A DNA stretch of 63,985 nucleotides, filler included, from Octopus bimaculoides (Eukaryota), in assembly GCF_001194135.2 (NCBI RefSeq). It is 5 parts of 5 records of this genome, joined end to end, with 100 filler letters (N's around TTAATTAATTAA, not from the genome) between each part and the next. Parts side by side here need not be neighbours in the genome. Positions count along the whole stretch, not along the records: positions 1 to 17,847 come from NC_069000.1; 4 more parts are not named here. The stretch is one strand, 5' to 3'. Positions 1 through 12,764 of the stretch are shown in pieces (the stretch's first letter is position 1; each line of letters opens with the position of its first letter). The notes under the pieces are model-generated. The model saw only the letters and a list, made by a program, of their open reading frames with translations. It was not told where the DNA came from and ran no database searches. Both the position numbers and the translations under genes were made by a program.

Positions 1-84
1 GTGGTGGTGGTGGTGGTGGTGGTGGTGGTGGTGGTAGTAGTAGTAGTAGTAGTAATAGTAGTAGTAGTAGTAGTAGTAGTAGTA
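1..84. repeat. (GTG)n/(GTA)n microsatellite
   Basis: Direct reading; explains the poly-Val ORF 1..189. Confidence 0.97.
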
Positions 85-272
85 CCAGCAGCAGCGCTAC
101 AAGAACTCGTGTGGTATTCGTTAAAAGTTGCGTCGGGTAGCAGTAGTAGACGTAGTATATGTTGTAGTTGTAGTACGAGCAAGGGTTAATTTAGCTGCCA
201 TTTCTTGCAAATTGGATGAGCCCGTCAGCTCAGGATTAATGTATACGATGTTATAATAGGTGTTGTTGCTGG

Positions 273-310
<38 letters not shown>

Positions 311-410
311 TCTGTTTGTTTGTCTCTCTATCTGTCTGTCTTTCTGTCTATTTGTATCTCTCTCTATCTGTCTGTCTCTCTGTCTATTTGTCTATCTGGC
401 TGTCTGTCTA

Positions 411-477
<67 letters not shown>

Positions 478-646
478 ATCTGACTGTCTGTATGTCAGTC
501 TGTCTATCTATCTGTCTTTCTCTCTGTCTGTTTGTCTCTCTATCTGACTGTCTATCTGTCTGCCATTCTGTCTGTTTGTCTCTCTATCTGACTGTCTATC
601 TGCCTGTCTCTCTGTCTATTTGTCTGTCTGTCTATCTGACTGCCTA

Positions 647-680
<34 letters not shown>

Positions 681-720
681 CATCTGTCTGTCTGTCTGTC
701 TGTCTATCCATCTGTCTGTC
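273..720. repeat. Compound (GAT)n plus (TCTG/TCTA)n microsatellite
   Basis: Direct reading. Confidence 0.95.
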
Positions 721-1289
721 TGTTGCTGCTGTTGTTGTCGATGACGACGGTGAATGCTGTTTACGATAATAGAGGAATCTCGTTTCCTTTATTAGTATCG
801 AGTTGCTGTTGTTGATATTGGTAACATCGCTAACATTGGAGCGAATGACATTTGCCGTGATGACAACATCGCTGTTGTTATTCTTGTTGCAGTTGTTGTC
901 GGTGCCGGTAGTATTCGTGTTACTGTCGTTGTCAAAGGCTTTGTTGACATCAGTAGGGAAGGTCATGGCGTTGATAATGCTGCGTTAATAGTGATACTGT
1001 CGGTGTTGGAACCGATCGAGTTATTATTGTTGATATCGATACAGATCATAACATTAATGGTTTCGATGGCGGTGGCACTGACGGTGTTCGGTGTCTGATG
1101 TTGGTTTCGTTGATCGTAAGTCTTGGCGTCATTTAGCCCTAGGTCAGACCTGCTTGAGCTAGCCTACGGACAAAAGTATTCTAGCTGTGACCGTCCGGAC
1201 ATTTTAAAGAGGATAGCGTATTTATAAAGTAAAACTTGGCTGCCATTTCTAGCTGTTTTTTGGGTTGCTAGCCGGAGGCTCCTTCTCAG

Positions 1290-1760
1290 GCTCATGGTGG
1301 TGGTAGTGGCGGTGGTGATGGTGGTGGTAATGGAAGGTGTTGAGTTGTTGATGCTGATGGTGGTGGTGCTGGTGTTGAAAATGTTGTTGTTAGTGACGGC
1401 AGCTGTATTGCCGCTGCTACTGCTGCTACTGCTGCTACCGATGATTTTAATATTGTGATATGATAATATTAGAGAAATGATGGCGGTGGTGGTGGTGAAA
1501 ATGGTTATAACTCGATCGGTTCCATCACCGACAACTTAGTTTAGGATGATAGTGTTTGTTATGATGATGATGATGATGATGGTAACGATGATGATGATGG
1601 TGATGGCGGTAGTAGTGTTTGTGGTGGTGGTGGTAGTGGTGGTGGTGCTGGTGGTGTGGTGCTGACTGCGGCGACGGCAGCGTTAATGATGTTTTGAAGT
1701 AACAGTTCGGTGCTCGGTAAAAATCGATCGGTAATAATAACGATAACAATAATAATAACA
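1290..1760. repeat. Degenerate trinucleotide low-complexity tract (GGT/GAT/GCT)
   Basis: Direct reading; source of the poly-His/Ser ORFs. Confidence 0.85.
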
Positions 1761-1816
1761 AAAATCGAACCGTCCAAAGAAATAAACTTGGCATTACGTT
1801 CCCCAAATTTCGTAAG

Positions 1817-1888
1817 GTGTCAGTGGTGTAATGGTTAGCATGGTTGCCTCCCAAGCAGCCGGTCCGGGTTCGATCCCCGGCTGACGCA
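1817..1888 (+). tRNA. tRNA-Gly-CCC: tRNA-Gly, anticodon CCC
   Basis: Hand-folded cloverleaf: acceptor GTGTCAG/CTGACGC (one U-G), D stem GTGT/GCAT, anticodon stem GTTGC/GCAGC with loop CTCCCAA (CCC at 1850-1852), T stem CCGGG/CCCGG with loop TTCGATC, discriminator A1888. Confidence 0.92.
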
Positions 1889-1896
1889 TAAGATAA

Positions 1897-1903
1897 TTTT
1901 TTT
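1897..1903 (+). terminator. Pol III oligo-T terminator of tRNA-Gly
   Basis: T7 run starting 9 nt after the discriminator base. Confidence 0.75.
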
Positions 1904-2004
1904 ATTTTATTTACGGGGAAAAATATTATCATTTGACAATTCTACTTTCACTTTCGCCGCGAATTAATCGTATTCGATCGTACATCATGAATTAAATGCA
2001 ACAT

Positions 2005-2200
2005 CACTGTCTTTCTCTTGCATCTTTTACATATGCCAGTCATTGTATTGTAGCCATGCTGGAGCATCGCCTTAGAGGGTTTTATTCGAACAAATCAACC
2101 TCAGTAGTTATGATTTTTTTTTTAAAGTCTGGTGCTTATTCTATCTGTTTCATTTGCCGAATTGATTATGTTATGTGGACGTAAACAAACCATCAGCGGT
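2005..2200 (-). mobile_element. SINE-like repeat family A (AAGTAAAAGA tail), decayed copy
   Basis: Reverse complement resembles the copies at 5915-6105 and 44975-45168 (ccagcatggccgcagtc...aagtaaaaga). Confidence 0.7.
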
Positions 2201-2254
2201 TGTCAAAAGGAGGATGGAGAAGAAGTGGAGGAAGAGGAGAGAAAAGTGTGCCGG

Positions 2255-2708
2255 AAAGAAGACCTTGCACATGGTTCCAGCAGTGCTTTGGGGAGAGAAT
2301 AATCTCCCGATACGGCAATGTCAACTGGCCTTCACGTGCCCCAGACTTGACTAGCCCAGATTTTTTCTTGTGGGGATACCTGAAAGACAGGGTTTACGTC
2401 AACAAACCGGAGACCCTGGTGCAGCTGAAAGAGAACATCAATAGAGAAATCAGAGAAGTGGGGTCTGAAACTCTTGAGGGTGTTATGGGGCAAGTTTTGG
2501 AATGAACACGGGCGTACGATGCCGAAAATGGCTGCCAATTTAAGCCATGTCGTTTGTCATATGTGATGGAGTGCTGTTGGAAAATTTGAGTTATGTATAT
2601 TAATTTCCATTATGTCCTTTATATTGTATCAAAATTTTATGCATTTATTTGTAACGTTGATGAAGTTATAAAAAATTGAAACCCATCAGCAATTTTTGGG
2701 ACAGCCTA
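2255..2708 (+). mobile_element. Tc1/mariner 3' fragment (rosa/DD41D-like transposase C-terminus) with right TIR
   Basis: Translation FGERIISRYGNVNWPSRAPDLTSPDFFLWGYLKDRVYVNKPETLVQLKENI matches the WPPRSPDL..DFFLWGYLK motif; ends ...ttttgggacagccta followed by TA. Confidence 0.8.
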
Positions 2709-2726
2709 TATGTGTCTGTATGTGAA

Positions 2727-2816
<90 letters not shown>

Positions 2817-2835
2817 NNNNNNNNNNNNNNNNNNA

Positions 2836-2866
<31 letters not shown>

Positions 2867-2989
2867 TCACTTGAATCCTGAACTTTTATTCATACATACA
2901 TACAAACATATACACATATATATATGCACACGCACACATATACACACATACACACACACTCACACACACACGCACACGCATAAACATAC

Positions 2990-3042
<53 letters not shown>
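2727..3042. repeat. (TATC)n, (TA)n and (CA)n microsatellites around an N gap
   Basis: Direct reading. Confidence 0.95.
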
Positions 3043-3045
<3 letters not shown>

Positions 3046-4093
3046 GCGGGTGTCAGAAAGCAGAACTAGATGCTTTTGATGGTGGGACGATAACATAAGT
3101 ACCACCAATTTACTGGTGTCGTATTACTCGACAATTTCCTATCTTCCAGCGGTTCTGCTATGTTTTTTTAAAAAAGATTTTATTAATATTATTATTATTA
3201 TTATTATTGCTATTATTTGAACAAAAAGAGCAACCACAAGTCTCTTTATTACCCAGAAAGATATATATATATATATCTCGTATGTAACATAGACAGTATT
3301 ATTTCGTGAAAGGACTACGATAGGAGTGTAACGTAGACAACAAAAGAGATGTGAAAGTGTAAATACAGTGTGTGGAGTGTTTGGTGTAACGGAATGGTGT
3401 GGAAGTAGTATGCAAAGGAAACAATTAAACAATAGATGGAGAAGATAGACAAATAGACAGATAGATAGGTAGAGAGCTAGAAAGGGGTTCACAGATAATT
3501 TAGATAACGATAGAGGCATGAAGTGGATGAGTGATATTCTGCGAAATGCTTTTGTTTTTGTTTTCGTTGATATTAAGAGGATATAGTGCTGTGGGATTTA
3601 GAAACAAAGAAAAAAGAATATAAATATGAATAAATAAATAAATAGATAAATAAATAAATAAATAAATAAATGGTGGAAATGTGAAAAGAGACAAAGTATA
3701 TAGTAGGAACACACACATGCTTGCACACACACACACACATATTTATATACTCATATATATACTTATATATNNNNNNNNNNNNNNNNNNNNNNNNNNNNNN
3801 NNNNNNNNNNNNNNNNNNNNNNNNNNNNNNNNNATATATATATATATATATATACTCATACATACATACATACGTATGTATGTATGTACGTATGTATATA
3901 CAACACTTTATACACATATATATGTACCTAAATGTATACTTACATAAATAATTATTTTTGCAAGGTAACGAGTGACAGTAACTTCGCAGTTTGGCTTAGT
4001 CGGCCTGTCAGAGTGATATATATAAGTGCGTGAGTTTCTGTGTGTGCTCGTGTAATACATACCTACATACACATATACATACATACATGCATA

Positions 4094-4126
<33 letters not shown>

Positions 4127-4599
4127 ATATATTTGCGTGTGTGCGTTTGTGAATATGTGCATGCATATGTGTAGGTATGTACGTAAGTAAAAGTAAAGTG
4201 TTTATTTTTCGGGATATCCTTGAAACCGATGTGACGATGGGGACGGAAGGAGTGAAACTGGTTACTGTTTACACACTTCATCTTCCAGTATTTCCCAAAT
4301 TGTCGCATATTTTACTGAGGCGCCTCTCATTTCGTCCTGGTGTACTCAAAGACCTGATTTCTCCTCCCTTCCCATCATACACCGTCATGAATTATCCTTT
4401 CTTCTGTCGTTTTTGTTTTGGGAAGAAAAAAAATATCGTCTGCTTCTTCCAAATTCGACGGTTATTTATTCCTCCATTGAACAAACGAATTAAATGTTAT
4501 ATTTGAAGAAAAGTTGTTCAAAGGTAACCAATCTAACAAAATTAAGATGTATTAGTTTTTAAATAACTTTTGTAGTTTGTGTATCTTCTATTTGTTTAA

Positions 4600-4760
4600 C
4601 CTTGAGAGGGTTTTAGTCAAACAAATCCACACCCATTATATTTCTTCTTTTTTTTTGGTAAATCTTTTTTGCCAAACCGTTAAGTTACGGGAACGTAAAC
4701 AAACCAATACCGGTTGTCAAGGGATTAAGAGGCGAGTGATAAGCACAGACAAAAAGTGAC
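4600..4760 (-). mobile_element. Family A SINE-like fragment
   Basis: ccgttaagttacgggaacgtaaacaaaccaataccggttgtcaag matches family A. Confidence 0.6.
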
Positions 4761-4804
4761 ACACATACATTCGCAAACTGTGTGTGTGTATACACATATA
4801 TATG

Positions 4805-4925
4805 TATACATGTGACGAGGTACCGCACAGATTCAGTCAACGAAATTTTCTCAAGGCATTGCCCAAGGTGTTGCGCAATGGAATTGAACATGAAACCATG
4901 AGGGTGCAAATCGAGCTTCTAAATA
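4805..4925 (-). mobile_element. tRNA-derived CORE-like SINE, decayed
   Basis: ttgcccaaggtgttgcgcaatggaattgaac is the reverse complement of a B box plus the caccttgggcaa motif. Confidence 0.55.
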
Positions 4926-4971
4926 CATTTTTTGTATACGCAAAAAAAAAAGAAAAATTCAAGTCCTCCTA

Positions 4972-5008
<37 letters not shown>

Positions 5009-5639
5009 AGAATTCCCCATAACTTCCGTTTCCTTATATTAATACTCTTCGGAGCCACTGTTTACCGTTAGATGTCCACGCATAAGGACTACGTTATGCA
5101 TTTTCTGCATAAAAACTACATGTTAAGGCCTGTGCAGAAGCATACTTTGAATGTAGTGAGCTATGAAAATCTTAATCAACTAAACTGTACGTGCAGCAAA
5201 GAGAAATAATCATTAGATAAAACAAATTTTAGATCAGTTCAAATATGCTAAGTGATACATGTGACCCGGAAAGAGGCAGTTAATGTGGTTTGCCACAGAA
5301 AAAAATTCTCACTTTATGCCAGTGTTCCTCAACCATTTTTTTTCTGAACCGACTTTTGGTATGACTATACCTTTTGCTTGAGCAGTGGTGTTCATTTGAC
5401 CCTTAGGGATCCACATAAGATTTTGCGGTTAAAGCCTATGTGCAATAAATTAGTTTTACTTCTATAATAAACAAAATATTTTAAACAATTTTATAATACA
5501 ATTCCTAATATGTGTGTGTGTGTATAGGATTTTTTTTTCACTTTGAATAGTTTTGAACGTCCACCTGAATAAAATAGGAACCAAAGGGGTCCGTAAGGAA
5601 AAAAATGGTTCATTCGGTATGAATTGGTAGATGCATTTC

Positions 5640-5765
5640 TAAATTTTTTTCTTGGTTTTGGGTTCAGTTCCACTATGTGGCACTTTGGGCAAGCGCCTTT
5701 CTTCTATTGTAGTCCCAGGCCGACAAATTCCTTGTGAGGGAATTTGCTAGACGAAAAACCCGTCC
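5640..5765 (+). mobile_element. tRNA-derived CORE-like SINE
   Basis: gggttcagttccactatgtggcactttgggcaagcgcc...ccaggccgac...ccttgtgag. Confidence 0.65.
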
Positions 5766-5914
5766 TTTGCCTTGCAACCGGTATTCTTTTCTTTTTGCAT
5801 CATTGTAACTTAACAGTTCGGCAAATGAATTCGTTAGAATAAGTACCAAACTTAGCCCCAGGTGGACCAATATCTTGTGAATGAATTTGGCAGAGGGAAC
5901 TCCCTCCCACACTG

Positions 5915-6105
5915 CTTAGTACCCGGCATGCGTTTTACATCTCCGTAACTTAGCAGTCCAGCAAATGAGTACGATAGAATAATACCAGACGTAATAATAT
6001 AAGTACGGCCTGTCAATTTGTGCGACTAAACCCTTGAAGGCTGTGCTCCAGCATGGCCGCAGTAAAAGATGAATAAGTAAAAGATAAAACATAAAAAGAT
6101 AAGAT
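5915..6105 (+). mobile_element. Family A SINE-like repeat
   Basis: ccgtaacttagc...gctccagcatggccgcag...aagtaaaagat tail. Confidence 0.7.
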
Positions 6106-6424
6106 TCCAGCCTTATTTTTTTGGAGACACTTGAAGATTGTTGTATTGTTGTTTATTCTGCTACACTTCTAAAGTTGAGATTCAAGCATGGATGAGTAAC
6201 AGGATTCAGGATATAACTAAAAATAAGATGCAAAACATATTTGATAAAACAAAGTGATTGGATATCCAATGCCATTCAGGATATAACTGCTGAAAAACAA
6301 ATTTCTAAAGCTTCAGAATAGCGTCATAATCTGTATACGTAATGATGATAGCGGACATGCTAAAAATTTAACAAAATGAATTTATGTTAACGTGTAATAA
6401 ATTCTTTTGCTTTCACTTGTTACA

Positions 6425-6768
6425 GATTAATTAACTGGCACTTCGTCGCTTACGACGACAAGGGTTCCAGTTGATCCGATCAACGAATCAGTCTCCTCGT
6501 GAGGTTAACGCGCAAGTGACCGAGCGCTCCATAAGCACGATTACCCTTAACTAACTTAGTTCTCAGGCAGATTCAGTGTGACACAGAATGTGACAAGGCT
6601 GACCCTTTGAAATACAGGTACAACTAATTTTTATTAGCTGAGTGAACTGGAGCAACGTGAAATAAAGAATCTTACTTGAGGACACATCGCGCTGCAAGAA
6701 TCGAACTCTCAACTTTACGATCGTGGGCTAAGTATCGTGAGCCTAACCACTAAGTCACGCGCCTTCAC
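6425..6768 (-). mobile_element. tRNA-derived SINE (V-domain-like family)
   Basis: Minus strand: A box gacttagtgg, B box gagttcgattc, then gtgtcctcaagtaagattctttatttcacgttgctccagttcactcagc; related to 47575-47722 and 53670-53970. Confidence 0.7.
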
Positions 6769-6831
6769 TATTACAGATTAATTCTGCCGTATATAGAACT
6801 AAAATGATTTTAATATATATTTACACAAAAA

Positions 6832-7575
6832 GGCGGAGAGTTGGCAGAATCGTTAGCACGCCGGGAGAAATGCTTAGCGGTATTTCGTCTGTCTTTATGT
6901 TCTGAGTTCAAATTCCGCTGAGGTCGACTTCATCTATTTGTCTGTCTTTGTTTGTCCCCTCTATGCTTAGCCCCTTGTGGGTAATAAAGAAATAAGAAAC
7001 GTTAGCACGCCGGGTGTTAGCGGTATTTCGACTGTCTTTACGTTCCGAGTTCAAATTCCACCGATGTCGACTTTGCTTTTCATCCTTTCGGAGTCGATAA
7101 ATTAAGTACCAGTTGCGTACTGGTTCGATCTAATCGACTGGCCCCCTCCCCCAAAATTTCAGGCCTTGTGCTTATAGCAGAAAGGAATATATATTTACAC
7201 AGTGGCGGCGTGCTGGCAGAATCGTTAGCGGTATTTCGTTCAAATCCTGCCTAGGTCGACATGGCCTTTCGATGAATAAGTATCAGTTAAGCACCAGTGT
7301 AAAGTCGATGTAATCGACTTTACGCCCACCCCTAAATTTGAAACGAATATCTATTTACACAAAGGCGGTGATTTGGCAGAATCGTTAGCACGCCGGGCAA
7401 AATGTTTATCGGCAATTAGTTCGTGTTTACTTTCTGAGTTCAAATTCCACCAAGGTCGATTTTGCTGTTCATCCTTTCGGGGTCGCAACAATAAGTACCA
7501 GTTGAGCACTGAGGTCTATATAACCGACGAAACAACTCACTCAAATTTTCTGGCCTCGTGCCAAAATTTGAAATC
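6832..7575 (+). mobile_element. Tandem chain of four tRNA-derived SINEs (ggcggcgagctggcagaatcgttag family, Meta/Sauria-like centre)
   Basis: Repeated A box (ggcagaatcgttag), B box (gagttcaaattcc) and centre gtcgactttgcttttcatcctttcggagtcgataaattaagtaccag. Confidence 0.85.
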
Positions 7576-7733
7576 AATATATATTCATAAACAACCCCCT
7601 CTCCCCACGCACACACATGTATAACGAGTGGGCCAAAACTCACGAAAAGGTATGAAATTTTAATAAACTTTTAAAAATATTATTTTTCTATTTAGATGTG
7701 ATTTTCCCCTCTTAGATTACATCTATTTACTAT

Positions 7734-7773
<40 letters not shown>

Positions 7774-8291
7774 GTGTGTGCGTGTGTGTATGTGTGTGTG
7801 TATGGTACTAGGATACTGCAAATTTTAAGCTAAAAAATTAAGAACTTATTAAATATTGAAACACGTTCGTGACTTTTGGCCCACTCTGCACACACAGAGA
7901 CAAACACACACACACACACAACATATATATATATATATATATATATANNNNNNNNNNNNNNNNNNNNNNNNNNNNNNNNNNNNNNNNNNNNNNNNNNNNN
8001 NNNNNNNNNNNNNNNNNNNNNNNNNNNNNNNNNNNNNNNNNNNNNNNNNNNNNNNNNNNNNNNNNNNNNNNNNNNNNNNNNNNNNNNNNNNNNNNNNNNN
8101 NNNNNNNNNNNNNNNNNGATAAATAGATTGCACGAGGGTTTTATAATAACTCTGCGTATAACATTAGCATTTTCTCTGTACAAGTTAATTACTTTACAAG
8201 TCTGGTTAGTCACACTACAAGTTTTTTTTAATTTAAATATACATAAGTATTTATATTATAGCGTTTATATTTATGCTTCTCCTCCTTTCTT

Positions 8292-8337
<46 letters not shown>

Positions 8338-8519
8338 TGTGCGTCTGTTTGTTTGTGTGTGTGTGTGTGTGTGTGTTTGTGTGTGTGTGTATGTTTATGT
8401 ATGTCTTACACAACATATTTCTCGAATAAAACATCACTGTTATATTCAGGCCGCCATTACATATGCTTGCAGTTTGTTAGCCTCGTGTTCGGTTCAAACG
8501 AAGTTAGCATCACTACTAT

Positions 8520-8550
<31 letters not shown>

Positions 8551-9461
8551 ATCAGTTAGAGGAACAAAAACAATATCAATAACTATAGTAGTAACAACAA
8601 CCAAAAACAACAATAACAGTAACAACAAGAACAACAACAACATCAATGGCAATGAAAAGGAGAAATGAAGAGAGAGAGAAAAAAAAATGAAGTGGGGAAA
8701 AAAAACACCTCCCCCAAAACGAGCGTGTCTTGTTTTCTTAAGCCATTATCTTCATAACTGATATAATTCCATTCATCTATTCCTTCAGCTATTCATCTCT
8801 TCTCCCTAAAGAATCTTCGTCTATTAACCATTCTTATAGATCATCTTGTTTTACAGCTTTACACAACAGAAACAAATACAAAATAAACACCGCAAAAAAA
8901 AAGAAAAATAATAATAACATTAACATAAAAGAAATAAAATTATATATATATATAAATTTAAAAGAAAAACACAACAAATGAAAACACCTAGAAAACTCAT
9001 CAAAATAACAACCTAAAAGACAACCAAAAACAAAGCCAATAAAATATAACAAAACAAAAAATATGTATTTTCCAACCCTTATAGCTATTCGCAGTTACAT
9101 TATTTACCCTCTGGGAGATAAANNNNNNNNNNNNNNNNNNNNNNNNNNNNNNNNNNNNNNNNNNNNNNNNNNNNNNNNNNNNNNNNNNNNNNNNNNNNNN
9201 NNNNNNNNNNNNNNNNNNNNNNNNNNNNNNNNNNNNNNNNNNNNNNNNNNNNNNNNNNNNNNNNNNNNNNNNNNNNNNNNNNNNNNNNNNNNNNNNNNNN
9301 NNNNNNNNNNNNNNNNNNNNNNNNNNNNNNNNNNNNNNNNNNNNNNNNNNNNNNNNNNNNNNNNNNNNNNNNNNNNNNNNNNNNNNNNNNNNNNNNNNNN
9401 NNNNNGTGTGTGTGTGTGTGCGTGTGTCTTTACTTTCCTTTATTTTATGTTATTTAAAAAA

Positions 9462-9522
<61 letters not shown>

Positions 9523-9943
9523 ATTTGCATGTCTGTGGGTGCCTGCCCGTGATTTGGTAATATTTGCCAGGAATATTATCGTGTGGGAGAAGCATTGTTA
9601 TTCCCTATAGATCAGATTTTGAAAAATAACGGAAGTTCTGAAAATAACTACTTTTGCAATGCCAAACGTTTATTTTTCACAATTATTTGTTTTAGAGAAA
9701 AATTATTTGTCGCTGAAAAAATTAATATGGTTCAACCCGCCTTACAACATGTTTAAAATAACCAGCGTGGCTGAAGATCTGTCTCGGTTCAGATTTCATT
9801 TCTTAGTCGATCATTAATCTTTTAAGCCCTTTTATAAATAAGACTACTATCCTAGCAAACGCGTACATAGTAGAGGCATAGTTGAAAACTCTAACCATGA
9901 ATCTTGGGTACTTTGAGAGGACCCCTGTGTTGCAAGGGTGCTA

Positions 9944-10050
9944 GGACAATTCATCCCCGGTTATTTCGTCGTCGGTTAATTTGTCCCCCATCAATTCGTC
10001 GTTGATCAATTCATCCCCAGGTCAATTCGTCGCTAGCCAATTCGACCCAA
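9944..10050 (+). mobile_element. MULE/Phantom-like terminus with ~15-bp alternating subterminal repeats
   Basis: Seven units alternating CAATTCATCCCC and CAATTCGTCG-type motifs, upstream of a FLYWCH-like ORF. Confidence 0.6.
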
Positions 10051-10255
10051 AATACTTTTAAATGTGATTTTCGAGGGGAAGTTTAGAACAATCACTTTAG
10101 AATTAAGATCGTCGTTGGACAATTTTAGATATGCTTTTTTCCTTTCTTTAACCCCTTCTCTCACTCCCTCTTTTAAGTTTCTGCGCTGAACAGTTTACGA
10201 ACAAAGATTTTCAAGCAAATCAAATTAAATTTATTCAATACGCCTACCTATCAAC

Positions 10256-10545
10256 ATGACTATCTGTAAGATCATAACTTCAGAGAAAGGAAAAATCGAA
10301 GTGGTCGATCAAGAAAATTAAATATGCACAAAAAATAAGCGGAATGCAAATGGATTGAGAGTATACAGGAGGTGCGAAAATCGTGAGTGCAAGGCGAGAC
10401 TTCATATAGATGAAAATTATAAAGAGCTTAAGAAGATTGGGATCCATAATCACGCTTCAACTGCTGCAGAGGTAAAGGCGAGGATAATAGTTTCAAATAT
10501 TAAAGTAAAGTCTATTTCATCTCGTGATGCTCCTCGCTCAGTTAC
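10256..10545 (+). pseudogene. FLYWCH zinc-finger N-terminus of a MULE (Phantom-like) transposase, disrupted
   Basis: MTICKIITSEKGKIEVVDQEN*ICTKNKRNANGLRVYRRCENRECKARLHID...GIHNH; in-frame TAA at 10319-10321; R replaces W in the YWRC motif; truncated by a SINE head at ~10548. Confidence 0.75.
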
Positions 10546-10547
10546 CA

Positions 10548-10614
10548 CCAGTGAAGTTCTGAACCCGGAACCATGTGGTTGGTAAGCAAGTTACTTACCA
10601 CACAACCACTCCTG
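10548..10614 (-). mobile_element. tRNA-like head of a CORE-like SINE
   Basis: gaacccggaaccatgtggttggtaagcaagttacttaccacacaaccactcctg; same as the heads at ~54660-54715 and ~63085-63145. Confidence 0.75.
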
Positions 10615-10640
10615 ATAGATAGATAGATAGATAGACAGAC

Positions 10641-10674
<34 letters not shown>

Positions 10675-11603
10675 GTTATTTGTCAGTATAACCAAGATAT
10701 CCTAGTGGCTGAAAAAATTAGGAATATGTATCATATATGAAGCATGGACGCTCGGAAAATGCCTTCTGTGACTCACATGTGAGATACAGGACAGGCAAAG
10801 GGTTACAGAAACGAAATGTAAATTAGAACCTGAGATCTGAGCTATATCTTGATATATCTCCGTCAGTTAAATATTTACTTTTGATTCGCAAGACGCCCGT
10901 TTGTCCGTAGATTTGGACTATTTTTGCATTAAACACTAACTTCAATATTATGTTTCTAATCAAATATTAATTTATTATTATTATATAAATATATAAGTAA
11001 TATTACATATTATATTGCCATCGCTAATTGAAGAGGTCTAGCCTGGGTGCTTAATCAACCGTCCCGTGCATGTGTCATATGCATAAAAAACATACATTGC
11101 ATATATATATATATATATTAGAATGAATGTATGTATTTGCGTATATATATATATATATATATNNNNNNNNNNNNNNNNNNNNNNNNNNNNNNNNNNNNNN
11201 NNNNNNNNNNNNNNNNNNNNNNNNNNNNNNNNNNNNNNNNNNNNNNNNNNNNNNNNNNNNNNNNNNNNNNNNNNNNNNNNNNNNNNNNNNNNNNNNNNNN
11301 NNNNNNNNNNNNNNNNNNNNNNNNNNNNNNNNNNNNNNNNNNNNNNNNNNNNNNNNNNNNNNNNNNNNNNNNNNNNNNNNNNNNNNNNNNNNNNNNNNNN
11401 NNNNNNNNNNNNNNNNNNNNNNNNNNNNNNNNNNNNNNNNNNNNNNNNNNNNNNNNNNNNNNNNNNNNNNNNNNNNNNNNNNNNNNNNNNNNNNNNNNNN
11501 NNNNNNNNNNNNNNNNNNNNNNNNNNNNNNNNNNNNNNNNNNNNNNNNNNNNNNNNNNNNNNNNNNNNNNNNNNNNNNNNNNNNNNNNNNNNNNNNNNNN
11601 NNN

Positions 11604-11665
<62 letters not shown>

Positions 11666-12598
11666 TAGAATGAATGTATGTATTTGCGTATATATATATA
11701 TATATATATATATAAGCAATGCATACCTTAGTTATGTGTAAATGAATGCAAATAACAAATCATATTTTGATATAACTTTCATATCTAAGAGACGCAACAG
11801 GAAATAGAGTACATATACTATCCCTCAATTATACGGTTACGTTCTGTCTCATTTACCAGCAGTCGATATATATGTATATATAGGCATATGTATGTATATT
11901 ATTGTTTCTTGTTTTATACTTCTATGTCTGCTTACCTTTACCTTTCACTCCTTGCAAACTCATTGCTAATTCAATGTTCAATATTCATATCTTTGCCGCC
12001 AGTCTCGCCACTAGATTGACGTCATCCCACTGTCAACCGGATGTTTAATCTGAATGAAGCAACTGTGTGCAATCTCAGCTCGAGGTGTCTAGGATTCTAA
12101 TGATTTTGTTGTCTAGCTCAGGTGAGCCCCGATCGAGCAAATGTAATAGCCTGTGGCTAGTTGGCCAGATTATCCACTGCGTGTCTGTAACTTGTTGGGG
12201 GCACATATCACGTACTGTGGTACGTCGTGTGACAATCCGGGCTGCTATTGACCTGTGTGTTTCTGTATAGTTGTACATCGTTATGGTGCCTAAATATAAG
12301 AATAAAATAAATCATGATATCATTCGTTAGAATTATACCATTAAATCATTAGTTGCTGAAAAAATAAATGTCCGAAATTTCGATTTACTATTAACCAGTC
12401 ATATGTTTGATGTTTGTATACTTTCGAATATATTTATCAAAACGATCTTGTGCTGTTGCCTTTCATCAGCCGTTAGAACAATCGGGAAAATGAAACAAGT
12501 TACTAGAAAGTTGAATTTTAATTAATAGGTATATGCACGTATATACACGAACACAAATATACATATATAGTCATTATATATGCATGTATGGATGTGCA

Positions 12599-12657
<59 letters not shown>

Positions 12658-12764
12658 TTTTGAGTTTATGCAGGGTCAAATTTAAGAAGAAAAACATGAC
12701 AGTGGAGACATACAAGGAAACCGAACGAAAACAAACACATATATATATACACATATATAGGGGA

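Noticed and set aside
9771-9800. CUGAAGA followed by a UCUG/CAGA hairpin
   Set aside because: No GAAA after the hairpin.
11110-11712. Direct repeat TATATTAGAATGAATGTATGTATTTGCG on both sides of a gap
   Set aside because: Most simply an unresolved contig overlap or collapsed microsatellite region; cannot be trusted without long reads.
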